47,700 nucleotides of DNA from Trypethelium eluteriae. Lineage: Eukaryota. Positions 1 through 12,008 of this stretch are shown here, piece after piece. The translations under genes were made by a program, and so were the position numbers. Location of the stretch: NCBI GenBank assembly GCA_051942245.1, contig JAVECL010000128.1:1-47700 (forward strand). The letters run 5' to 3'. The stretch's first letter is position 1. Each line of letters begins with the position of its first letter. A model generated the notes under the pieces. It made no database searches. It saw only the letters and a list, made by a program, of their open reading frames with translations, and had not been told where the DNA came from.

Positions 1-1
1 C

Positions 2-841
2 ACCTACCGCCTATACATCCCCACCAACTACAACTCCTCGAACCCCTCCCCGCTACTAATCTCGTACCACGGCCACGACAGCTCGGCCACCGCCCAAGAA
101 GCCCTAACCCGCTTCTCCAATCCGACCCTCAACCCCAACCACATCGTCATCTACCCGAACGGCGTCTCCGCATCCTGGCAAGGTGCGCCGTACGCCGCCC
201 CCGGCATCGACGACGTCGCCTTCAGCACCGAACTCCTCGCCGACCTCGGCTCCCGCCTCTGCATCGACCCCGAGCGCCGCTATGCCAGCGGACACTCGAA
301 TGGCGGCGGCTTCGTTGGGACGCTCGCGTGTTCCGAGGCCGGCGCGAGCAGGTTCGCAGCGTTTGCGGCGAGCTCGGGGGCGTTTTATCAGGATGCGAGG
401 GAGGGCAGGGGTTGTGATGCTGAGGCGGTGCCGTTGCTGCCGTGTCTGGCGGGGAGGGAGCGAGGAAGAGATAAAGGGGCAGGTGGTGGAGGGGCAGAGA
501 GGAAGGTGCCGTTTTTGGAGGTGCATGGGACGGCGGACGAGACGATCCCGTATCAGGGTGGGAGTCATGCGGGAGAGTGTTTGCCGTCTTTGCCGTATTA
601 TGTTGGGTCGTGGGCGGGGCGGGATGAGTTGGGTGGTCGGAGGCGAAATGAGAGCGTGGCGGTGACGAGGGCGAGTGGGAAGGCGACGACGCGGTTTGTG
701 TGGGATAGGGAGGAGACCATCACACATTATCAGGTGGAGGGTTTAGGACATGAGTGGGCGGATGGGTGGGGTGGGTTTAGTACGAGCCCGACGATGATGG
801 AATGGTTTGCGCGGTGGAAACTGCGAGGGGCCCGAGTGTGA
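2..841 (+). CDS. Carbohydrate esterase family 1 / feruloyl esterase C-like (LpqC/PHB-depolymerase-like) alpha/beta hydrolase, 5'-truncated by window edge
   Basis: Frame starting at base 2 is open to TGA 839-841: TYRLYIPTNYNSSNPSPLLISYHG...VIYPNG...WQGAPYA..GIDDVAF...LCIDPERRYASGHSNGGGF...LEVHGTADETIPY...GLGHEW. Contains G-x-S-x-G nucleophile (GHSNGG), HGTAD and GLGH motifs. Confidence 0.85.
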   Translation, partial: TYRLYIPTNYNSSNPSPLLISYHGHDSSATAQEALTRFSNPTLNPNHIVIYPNGVSASWQGAPYAAPGIDDVAFSTELLADLGSRLCIDPERRYASGHSNGGGFVGTLACSEAGASRFAAFAASSGAFYQDAREGRGCDAEAVPLLPCLAGRERGRDKGAGGGGAERKVPFLEVHGTADETIPYQGGSHAGECLPSLPYYVGSWAGRDELGGRRRNESVAVTRASGKATTRFVWDREETITHYQVEGLGHEWADGWGGFSTSPTMMEWFARWKLRGARV

Positions 842-1375
842 AGTATGTTGGTTGGCAAGATGAGTCAAGTGGGAAAAATACATGCAGGTTGAACTGCATC
901 ATGCGAGAGGGAAAAGTTGTACAGAGGGATTTTAGGACAGGATATGTGGTGATGCCTTGTTCTCTTGTACAAAATCAGAATTGGAGCCCCTCTCATGATA
1001 GAATTGGGAGAGTAAGAACAGTCGAATGAAGAGTGAGAAATGATGCCTCAAGAGGACAAGAGCAATGATTGAACCTGTGATTCTCTAGTCTTGAGGAGTG
1101 GTACCTCTTAGCAACATTCCGCTTCATTGGTGCCAAGATTCTCCATGCCACTATTGTTTGCTCCCTGAACCAGTCTCCAACACCATTGTCCGGTTCCTTG
1201 ACACATCAACTGCAATAAGGTGGTGCCTCACACGCCTGGCTTTGAAAATCAAGTCTTGTTGAAATGCTTTGCCTACCATGGAACTGCAATCTCGCTGCCT
1301 ACGTTTCATGCATCTTTGGTCCCTGCTGTAGTGTATTCCCCTTGTCTCGAGCGCTTATCTCCCGTAATCGTCCAT

Positions 1376-3339
1376 CTATATCCAGGGCATTCGAACCATC
1401 TTGGCATCATCGACAATCTCGTCGCTTACTTTCCAGAAGGCTGATAGTGGAAGTAAAGAATTAGCGACATACTTCAACGAAAGGAACCTATAATGGATCA
1501 TGCACTTACCTGTAGGTCCCACAGGTCCCTGCATATCGAAATCCTTATCAAACCAGTTGCCTAAAATGCCTCGACCTGAACGTATGCCACCAACTTGGAT
1601 ACATTCGCTGCGCCAGCGTTCCTCCCTGCAAAAGAAGTTTCAAGTCAGTCTCCTGTTATCTAATCTTATTTCATGTTTGAGACAGGTCTGCAATTGAGTA
1701 GGTAGTGAAGGCATATTTGGCTCACCCGTGGAAGATGGACCATGAGGTCCATCGAATTTGACCGTCTTTCATCAATCTGACATGTCCTATGATTTTATTA
1801 GATGTTGTTATCGCGTGTATAGATAGTAATGCATGCCAACCTTTTAGCCTGGACCTGGCGTTAGGATCCCAGCCAGAGTGCATCGAGTGGGAGTCTCCTT
1901 GAAAGCGAACAAGAGGAAGACCTTGTCCATCTTCTGGCTCTGGCCTCTCAATTGAGGTGACTCGTAATTTGCAGGTGATGAGTCGGATGGCCTCCTCACT
2001 GTCAAGCGCATCTCTTGGGTGTTCGCGTGGGTCTTTATGTATAGCAGATTGATCGGAGAAGTTGAAAGCGTAGAGATCGGTATAGTCTGCAGAGTTGATT
2101 TCAGTAATTAGTGAAAGTCTCTGACGTGCAATAGTCTTTGATCGAGTTCATATGGAGGCAGAAGATCATGGTAAATGATGAAAAACTTTAGCATACCGAG
2201 AAAGCAAACGACCTAAACTTCACGTCAGCAACCCCGATCTGAAAGTGCGTTTTGGAGGAGGGTAAGAGATGAACCATAGAGGTATTCTCTTGGGGAAGTT
2301 AAGGAGCGGCTCAGCTCGCGCTCTTTTTTGACGTACCCTCATCCACGTTCCATGACACCCATAGGGATCTTCAACTGGCGGATCAGGCTCTTTCACTATT
2401 GGCCACGCGTCTAATGCGATACCAGCAAATGGCCTATTCCACATGTCTGAGATCGCACCATTTGTACGTTCTCTGAACACATGAAAGTTATATCCTAACA
2501 GTATTAGTGTAGCCTCGAGGTTCTCCCAATCGATATTCATGGTGCCATCTGGGGTGAAAGGTCCCCACCGCGTCTTTTCCGTGTAGTACCGTAAGTCGTA
2601 TACCCTCGAGCGAGCGAAAGGATGTGTCGCATGCTTTTTACCTGCAAGGTCCAGTGGGACGCCATAAAGTACATGCAGTCTGGCAGCACTCTGGCACTCA
2701 CGATCGGTCGAATATGGCTTCATGGCTGGCGTTCCGCATTTTTGGAAGAGACTGGAGCCACATAGGAGGTTGTCGATGTTGTCCTGGCGATCTGGACAGA
2801 AATACTGTGCCAGCAGAGAGACGTTGCGGGACGGGCTGCTATTCCATGGCCACTGACCTGTCTCTGAAGTGGGATTCTTGTTCCTATATGGAGAGTTTTG
2901 CAAAAAGTCGTGTAGTTCTTCGGCAATCCAGTGGATGTTGTCTCTCTTTCGGAGTATTTCGTTAGCCAAAAGCTAGTAAGTGATCAGAGACCAGTCTTCA
3001 CATAGTACCTTCACTTCTGAGTTGGAAGACTGCAAGATCTTTTGGACCGTGACAATATTCTGAAGCTTCTTCTTCCAATCTGGCTCTGGTTTATTACCGT
3101 CTCTGCTGGGTGCATCCTGAAACGTGATGAGCACCTATCTGCCACTTCTGCATGAGTTGAACACTAACGAATGCGGCAAGGTAACTTTCTTTCCATAGCA
3201 AGGCGTCGTGCTGGATGAATTGATGAAGGGTATGGCAAGAACGGGAGAGAGAGGCCAAATCGGTGTGATCAACTTCGACGAGTATGGAATGGAGCACCTC
3301 CGTAGGCATGCTCAGAAGCGAAGCCATGGTAGTCGACAT
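1376..3339 (-). CDS. Fungal F-box domain protein, 8 exons
   Basis: N-terminal F-box (LLSMPTEVLHSILVEVDHTDLASLSRSCHTLH). Hand-spliced exons 3339-3169, 3116-3009, 2945-2337, 2212-2197, 2086-1841, 1786-1726, 1625-1510, 1440-1376, all introns GT-AG and the frame continuous. C-terminus GTWMRVVCFLDYTDL...EERWRSECIQVGGIRSGRGILGNWFDKDFDMQGPVGPTAFWK. Confidence 0.85.
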
Positions 3340-4284
3340 GCTCAACCATGAAGTTCGACAGCAGTCAGGTGAAGGTACGGTGGAGCGAGCGGTCCCCGCT
3401 TCAAGTGAAGCTTCAGCGATGTGGAGCGCATTTAGTGTTCGGAGGAAAATCTCCGCTTAAGTCCCTAATCTGCGTGATATCTGTATTTAGATTCACGCGG
3501 AAATTGTAGCTAAAGTGCTATAAGCGTAGTAGGGCATGTTCCACCCTGGTGGGCCTTCATGACGACATGAATAGTTTTTTCCTATTTGGGTTACGCGAGC
3601 CTTATCGGTAGGTGGGTATTTTGAATCTTGTCTGGTATGTAAGGGACCCGCTTGCGTGCAGAGTGGTGCGGCATAATTTTATATCCAAAAAGGAAATGTA
3701 GGAAATGCAGAAAATACCGCTCCCCTGACGCCAACACAGCTAATTGGGGTGTTTAGGGGGTTCAGGGTGTTTGGCTCGTGAGATTATGCATAGATCCGCA
3801 AAATCTGGCTCCGCCTGCCCCACATGGTAATTCAGCTCGATTAGCGGCTCTCTGACTGGTATTCTCGTATTCAAGATGCACATAAAATGCAAGTATGCTG
3901 CACCTGCTGGACGGCCTTACAGACTAGTTGCTTGGCGATCGTCGCGCAACTCAAAACCAACGAGTCTGGTGGGTAAGGTACGAAGCACGCAGTGAGTTGG
4001 TCTTTGGACGCTTGAGCTTGCTAAGCTTCCCTTAATGCCAGTAATGGATGGGATACGGAGCAAGGAGTATCAAGCTTGCATAATCCAACTCTGCTTCGTA
4101 CATGTATGATTCTGGCTCTGACGATAATATCGTGCAGCTGCTGCCGAGAGAGGCGGGGGTCATGGGGTCCCTGCCTCAGGACAACTCCAGCCTTCAGCCC
4201 AGAATTATTAACCGGCTGGATGCCTGGCGACGATGAAAATTTCTTCTATCTTCACCTCGTCATACATCTCTTCCGCATTGTTTC

Positions 4285-4320
4285 CGGATTCTCCGTCGGA
4301 TTCTCCGTCGGATTCTCCGT
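4285..4320. repeat. Perfect tandem repeat (CGGATTCTCCGT)x3
   Basis: Read directly: three exact 12-bp units at 4285, 4297 and 4309. Confidence 0.95.
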
Positions 4321-4410
4321 ATAATTTCCTCGTCATTCAGCTTCATTAAAGAAACCTTCAGCCTCAGCAAAACGATTGTTCCCGCAGATCCCCGTGTTTC
4401 AGGCGAGAAA

Positions 4411-4632
4411 ATGTGTCTCATTACACCAGCTCGCGCGTACGCTGGACCCCCTCCTCGTCCAGTTTCCAATTACCATTCGGGATCGCGTCCAAGACGCTCC
4501 TCCGTTGTCATACACGAGAGATCCTCCTCATACGTGCCGCGAAATTCAGTGACCACTTATCGCAGCTATCATACGAGTCGACCAAGCGTTGAGCACGTCC
4601 ATTATCCTCGGAAGGTCATTACATACCGATAG
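4411..4632 (+). CDS. Small basic Ser/Arg/Tyr/Pro-rich protein, 73 aa, unknown function
   Basis: ATG in good context (GAAAATG), pyrimidine-rich leader upstream, protein-like low-complexity composition (PPPRPVSNYH...RRSSVVIHER). Confidence 0.5.
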   Translation: MCLITPARAYAGPPPRPVSNYHSGSRPRRSSVVIHERSSSYVPRNSVTTYRSYHTSRPSVEHVHYPRKVITYR

Positions 4633-5219
4633 AGGAATGAGACTCACATACACACGTGACGACGCCTATCAATTGTATTAGGTTCTCATTTGATCGACGG
4701 CGAAACAACAGGAAGCTTCAAGCAAAAGGCGTTCTAGGAATGGGCACTGCTAATTGTCTGATCAATTATTCTGGTCAATTTAGTGGGAATAGTATGGCGA
4801 AATATTGAGTATGAATTACGATCAGCCTCTTGCACTGGCGCTTTCTCCATCTGACTCTGGTGTGGAATGATAAAGGGGAGGCGGCGCAAAGGCGGATGAC
4901 TGTTTTGGGAAGTGGTGGCTGGAATGCGGCGCATAGCGGAAGTGCGACGTCATTCTTGCGACCTAAGAATCGCTCTAGTTGCCAATCGTTCAAGAGTTCC
5001 ATCACCACCACGAAACCCCGTTCTGTAGCAAATCTTGATTCCTGAACCCTCCGCTCTTCTGAAACAGCCTCTTGTCGTCCTTTTGTTTTGTATAGAGCAT
5101 TACCTCTGACTCAGCACCTCGACTCCATAACAGCGCCCAGCTTCTACGCGCCCACAAGACCGCCCCAAGTCTGCGCCTAGTCTTCACCGATAAAGTCGGC
5201 CCCGAGTCAGCCTTTCAAG

Positions 5220-6543
5220 ATGTAAGCCGGTCTTCAATGTTATTCACCCTATTCTCAAGATAGAAGCTCCCGGTGAGCTTGGATATTTCTATCGGAATTG
5301 CGTTGTATTTCATTCTTTCAGCGTCCACTGTCTTTGGCATAAGCTTCAAATCTCGTACAACATGCCAATCTTTTTCGATCCTCCGTCGCCTCCACATTGT
5401 CAATTTGATGTGCGTCCTCGTAGTAGTTCAAGATCCAGATCATTGACTTTTGTCTCCACTCGGTCCAGGAATCGATCGCTTTCTGTGAGATCTAAAAAGA
5501 CCAACGACTCCGGCGGTAGCAATGAGAAAAGTGCGCCCAAACACCGCTTTACCATGAGCAGCCTACGTGGCATGCAACAGCCCGAACTTAGTAAAAAGCT
5601 CTTCAAGCTCATCAAGACTGAGAACCATTGCATTGGCGCGTACGAATCTGCCGGCCGAGAACGTGCTTCAATTGCAACACAATTGTCAGAATGGGGCGAG
5701 TCGACAAACGATGATGCCATCTCAGACATATCTGATAAATTGGGTGTATTAATGGCGGAGATTGCCGAGCAAGAGGATCTATACGCGCAAAACTTAGAGG
5801 ACTACAGGGGTGTGTTGAAGCAGATTCGGAATACGGAGAGTTCGGTCCAGCCAAGTCGAGACCACAAAGCAAAGGTTCGTACTTACGCATTTCAAGACGA
5901 CCTTATGGGCGACTAGAGAGATTTCGAGTCATACTAATCGAATCTCCAGGTCTCCGACGAAATCCAGAAGCTCAAGTATAAAGAGCCTTCCAGCACCAAG
6001 ATCGTCCAACTTGAGCAGGAGCTCGTCCGCGCCGAAGCCCAATCCCTCGTCGCAGAGGCCCAACTCACCAATATAACGCGGCAGAAGTTTAAGGAAGCAT
6101 ACGATATTCATTTTGCCGCTTTGATCGAGCGTGGTGAAAAGCAAGCTCTTCTCGCCAAGCATGCCCGCCGTGTTCTTAATCTCTTGGACGATACGCCAAT
6201 CGTACCCGGTGATCAGCACCCCACATACGAAGGGACAGAAACTGGCAGGCATAGTCTAAACGATGCGGAGGATGAATTGAGGGCGTGGAACAGCACCGCG
6301 GAGCCCATCACTAGTAATGCTGGGACTATGGCGTCTGGAGCTATCCCTGCTCATCCAGGTCAAGTGGCTGATCCGACTTTTGTGAAGGAGGCTGCCCAGC
6401 AAAAGGAAATCGAGGAAGAAGCTGCAAGACGAGTGCACGGGGACGAAGAACAGAGCATTGCGACAGAGAGCACAACGACTGAGAACCCCCCATATCCCGT
6501 AGGCCAAGGTGTAACATTACAGGATGCAGGAGAGGCTCGCTAA
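5220..6543 (+). CDS. Eisosome BAR-domain protein, Pil1/Lsp1 family (PilB-like)
   Basis: PELSKKLFKLIKTEN...QLSEWGE...DDAISDISDKLGVL...LKQIRNTESSVQPSRDHK|VSDEIQKLKYKEPSSTKIVQLEQELVRAEAQSLVAEAQLTNITRQK is the Pil1 signature. Intron 5875-5949. Start most likely an intron-split AT|G (AT 5220-5221 or 5408-5409 joined to G 5469), giving MNRSLSVRS. Confidence 0.93.
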
Positions 6544-6800
6544 TTGTGAGAGCATGGAATGATTTGGATGGATAATACCCCCGTATTTCTTAGGCGTTCG
6601 ATATTTAAGTGATGATTTCATGATCTCGTACTACTCGTCTTGAATTTCATTTCTGATGATTTGGTATCGATTATGGGTATCAGCTTAGCAAACTCAGATA
6701 CATGCAACATTTTCATCAGACTTGCTTGGAAAGATTGCAGCGACATTCCCAAACTCCGTCGCTATGCTTTCTGAAACATCTTCGTAGGCTCGCTAAGGCA

Positions 6801-8012
<1,212 letters not shown>

Positions 8013-8418
8013 TTAGAGAGATTGAGGGAGGGTTTGTTAAGTCGTGGTATTGAGGGAAAGATGCCAGTGAAAATACCTTAGGTGCGAAGATTTAAGAATC
8101 TAATCTTATCTCGCAAAGTGTGATCACACCGCAGGGACAATGGGATTTACCGATCGGCTTTTGGGCGGATTGACGATCTTAGTCCCACCCTAATTTGCGG
8201 AGGTAGAGGCAGGTAAATTAATCAGATCGACTTAGCTTGAATGACGTTTATTTTAATGGGCTTTAATCACCATGCTTAGGAACGCCATCCCTCGTCATCG
8301 TCGACCAATATTTTTGACGAATCGGTCCTTCGCTTTGCTGCGGAGCTTGCTTGCTTGCCTCCGTCCCTTTACCCAATAGTCTTTATGCTGCGCATGCAGG
8401 CCTTCTCTTCTGTTCATC

Positions 8419-9651
8419 ATGTTTTGTAATAAGGTTCTACGGCAAACTGCCGCAAAAACGAGTCTTCGAAGCTTTTCGACTAGATCAAGAAGAATGGCAG
8501 AGCAGGTCTCGCAATGGGAAGCTCCAAGGCAACATGGGATTGAAATCTCGCAAGCCCAAAGAATTGCAAAGGATGGATTCATAGACGGTATGAGACCTTG
8601 CAGTATCCAATGCTCACGTTGATTTGCGCAAAATCTGACTCTGGAATAAACAGCAATCGGAAAGACACCGCTCATCCGAATGAAACGATTATCTGAAGAG
8701 ACAGGGTGCGAAGTTCTAGGAAAAGCTGAATTTCAAAATCCAGGGGGCTCAGTAAAAGATCGTGCCGCACTATATGTCGTTGAAGCCGCAGAAAAAGCAG
8801 GAGTACTTAGAGAAGGTGGAACCGTAGTAGAAGGGACAGCAGGAAACACCGGAATCGGCTTGGCCCACGTCTGCCGGTCCAAGGGCTACAAGCTCGTCAT
8901 TTATATGCCCAACACACAATCACAAGGGAAGGTCGACCTTTTGCGTCTCCTCGGCGCAGAAGTCTACCCTGTCCCCGCTGTCGCATACGACAATCCCGAG
9001 AACTACAACCACCAAGCCAAGCGTCACGCCGAAAATATGGATAATGCTGTGTGGACCAATCAGTTTGACAACACTGCCAATCGCCTCGGCCACCTCGAGA
9101 CGACGGGACCGGAGATCTGGACTCAGACAGGCGGGAAGCTTGACGCCTTCACCTGTTCCACCGGCACAGGCGGTACCCTTGCAGGCGTGACGCGGTATCT
9201 GAAGACGAAGTCTGACGGTAGGGTCAAATGCTATCTCGCTGATCCTCCGGGCTCAGTACTCTATTCATACATAAGTAGCGGCGGTCACCTCACTGAACGG
9301 TCTGGGTCCTCCATAACGGAGGGTATTGGCCAAGGACGGGTGACGGACAACCTGAAACCGGATATCGATCTCCTAGATGGCGCATTACATATAGCAGACG
9401 AGAAGAGCATAGAGATGGTGTACAGATGTCTGGACGAGGAGGGGCTATATTTGGGCGCGAGCTCATGTCTGAATGTGGTTGCGGCGAAGGAGGTGGCAGA
9501 GAAACTTGGTAGAGGACACACGGTAGTGACAATACTATGCGATGGTGCGTACCGGTATGCAGACCGGCTGTTTTCGAGGAAATGGTTGGAGGAGAAGAAA
9601 TTATTGGGCGCAATACCCAAGCATTTGGAAAAGTACATTGTCCTCACATAG
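8419..9651 (+). CDS. cysB: Cysteine synthase (O-acetylserine sulfhydrylase, PLP-dependent) with N-terminal mitochondrial-type presequence
   Basis: Exons 8419-8587 and 8654-9651 join to ...[41 protein letters not shown] (PLP lysine), [28 protein letters not shown]. Confidence 0.93.
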
Positions 9652-10031
9652 CGAATGTAAACAACGGTAAAATCGAAAAACACTGCATAAGTTGAAAAGC
9701 TTGACCACGTGTGACGTTGCAACTTCTTTTTCTTGGTTTCGATTCCGCGGATACTGCTTTATTGAAATGTGTCTTTCAGGGACGTTGTAGCTACATGGAA
9801 CACACGTCGGGCGCGATCAGATGGAGATAATGAGTCTAGAAAAGCCAGATCGAACATAATTTCGTCGCTTAATAAGAGAAAAAGATGAGATAGCGGTGAG
9901 AATGAGTTGGGCTACGAGATTGAGTGGTGACCTTAACGCCTTCTATCCGTATCCGGATATGGTAGATAGACCGAACTCCAAATTTGCCATCATCGACCAC
10001 ATCAATCATTGTTGAAGTCTTTCCTGCTTCC

Positions 10032-11666
10032 TTAACTCGCCCAGAACCAGCCCTTTCTGGCCTTTCCTTCCCGCTTCCCTGCTCCCACATCCTGCTCCTT
10101 CCGAGGGCTCTCCCTCTCCTCTTCCATTCTCGTGTTCCGCTCATGCCTTCCAGTGGCCGGCCCCATTCCTACTAGTTTCCACGCATCCGCTCCATTCTGC
10201 TGCTGCAATTGCAACGCACTCTCACCCGGTCGCTGCGTAAAGACCGTTTCGTTCCGCTCATCCCTTCCATCTGGGTGTCGCTTTTCCATGACAATGCGCG
10301 TCAGGACAGAGCCATCTGGCTGCGGTGTGGACGATGTCGTGGTTGTGAGTGAAGAGGTGAAAACATGACCTCGATCCTCTGTCTGCCTCGGCCACTGCCT
10401 CGGCCCTGGCTGGAGCTCCCTCTCGCCTTTCTGAGACGTTCTCGGTTCGGCGACGACAGCAGGAGAGCTAGATGTAGACGCGGTGGTGCTGTCCTGCTGC
10501 GAGGACGAAGCGCCACACCGTCGCATACCGTAGCTATCGGCTTCGCGTGGGAAGGTCGGATCCCAAATAGCGCCCATCCACCACCACGGCGCCTTGACGG
10601 TGCGGTCGGGCGTAGATTTCTCTGCCTTCTGCTGCTCTTCCTGTCGTTGACGCTGAGCATTCGCCATTTTCGCCCTTCTTGCCTCTCTCCAGTCTTCCCC
10701 AAATCCATTCCAATGTCCCCGTCCCGAGGGACACTGCCTCCCTCGCAGCTCCTCCCTTGCTTGCTGTGCCTCGGGCAATTGCTCAGTTACACGCGCACGC
10801 TCCCATGGCTCGACACCGCGAAGCGCCTCTCGGAGAGTATTCAGCAACTCATCCGTCTCTGCCCGCTCTCGGTTGTGGTCGTCGCGCGTGATGGCGTCGG
10901 AGGATCGATGCATGAAGGGTGCGAAGATAGAGGAGGGGCCGCTGTCTTCGTTGTGAGGGCGATCGAGAGAGGCGGGTTTGTTCTCAGGACTGCGGACCTG
11001 GTCATTAGTAAGGGAAGAAGCCTCGCGCTCCAGACTACGGAGCTGATCGCGGGCGTGAGGAAAATTGAGGAAGAGGTAGGCTTGTTCCTCGGTGTCCGGG
11101 CCAGGTGAGGAACTGGATACATGTGGTGAAGCAACGGGCGAAGCATCGACCCTCGTGTTGGGACTGTGAGCCGTGCTTGCGTCCCGTTTGAATGAATGTT
11201 TGGATGAAGTTAGAGACTGAGATTGAGCGTGCTCGTTGGAGCCGCTCTGCTTGTCGGTGGCTGGCTTCTTCTCGTTGCTCGTAGTGGTGTTCCAAAACCA
11301 GGGCAACTGCTTGAAAGCGTCTGTACGTGCTCTCGCTATTTCCCTCTCCATTTCATTTTCCATGTCTTGCCACTGTTGCCGCATTTTCTCGGCTTCCTCA
11401 TTCATGATCTGGCGTGAATGTTTTTGTGACTTAGGATCCCGCGATGGCTGTGGTTCCTTTTGTTCCCAGAAGGGCGAGTCTTCGTATCGAGAGGCGGGAA
11501 TCATGGCGTTGAACATGGACTCAAATTGCTGGTCAACAAGCCTCCGAAAAGAGACAAAGGGATTATATTCACGCTCAGGGAAGGGCGATTCGTTGGATGG
11601 CAAGGTTTCCTGCTGTTGCTGTGGAGTTTGCGGCGTGCCGCCGCCCCCCCCGTTTCTGGGAGCCAT
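10032..11666 (-). CDS. Conserved Pezizomycotina-type hypothetical protein, largely disordered, 544 aa
   Basis: Long ATG-initiated ORF. N-terminal NPFVSFRRLVDQQF, C-terminal SSLTTTTS..PDGSVLTRIVMEKRHPDGRDERNETVFT and terminal KGWFWAS resemble motifs I recall from uncharacterised fungal proteins. Confidence 0.8.
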   Translation of the reverse strand: MAPRNGGGGGTPQTPQQQQETLPSNESPFPEREYNPFVSFRRLVDQQFESMFNAMIPASRYEDSPFWEQKEPQPSRDPKSQKHSRQIMNEEAEKMRQQWQDMENEMEREIARARTDAFKQLPWFWNTTTSNEKKPATDKQSGSNEHAQSQSLTSSKHSFKRDASTAHSPNTRVDASPVASPHVSSSSPGPDTEEQAYLFLNFPHARDQLRSLEREASSLTNDQVRSPENKPASLDRPHNEDSGPSSIFAPFMHRSSDAITRDDHNRERAETDELLNTLREALRGVEPWERARVTEQLPEAQQAREELRGRQCPSGRGHWNGFGEDWREARRAKMANAQRQRQEEQQKAEKSTPDRTVKAPWWWMGAIWDPTFPREADSYGMRRCGASSSQQDSTTASTSSSPAVVAEPRTSQKGERELQPGPRQWPRQTEDRGHVFTSSLTTTTSSTPQPDGSVLTRIVMEKRHPDGRDERNETVFTQRPGESALQLQQQNGADAWKLVGMGPATGRHERNTRMEEERESPRKEQDVGAGKREGKARKGWFWAS

Positions 11667-12008
11667 GGTGGTGAACGGACGTAAGGAGAGGACGAAGCTT
11701 GGTGTTCAGAGGGATCGCTTTGCTAGTTATATTTAGGTTGTTTCAAGGTCAAGGTATGACTGGAGCTGTGGAGGGGTTGAGTCGACGGCCGGCGCCAACG
11801 ATAGCCCTTCCGACTCGTTCCGATGACGTCGGCGACAGTACCTCCAAAGAAGCACTGGATGCATTGTAGTAAAGTATCTTTGTCTCTTGATTCTTACTTA
11901 AGTCTGCGAACTACACTATACACGCAGAAAATTAACGTATCAGAATATGGCTCGCAAATATGTCCGCCTGAAGTTCACAACGCCGTCGCTCATACTTAAT
12001 ACAAGAAT

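Noticed and set aside
104..727. 207-aa minus-strand and 160-aa plus-strand ORFs
   Set aside because: Shadow frames of the GC-rich esterase CDS, which the track under-calls because it starts before the window.
4285..4320. Direct repeats as a possible CRISPR-like array
   Set aside because: 12-bp units with no spacers, eukaryotic context, no cas genes.
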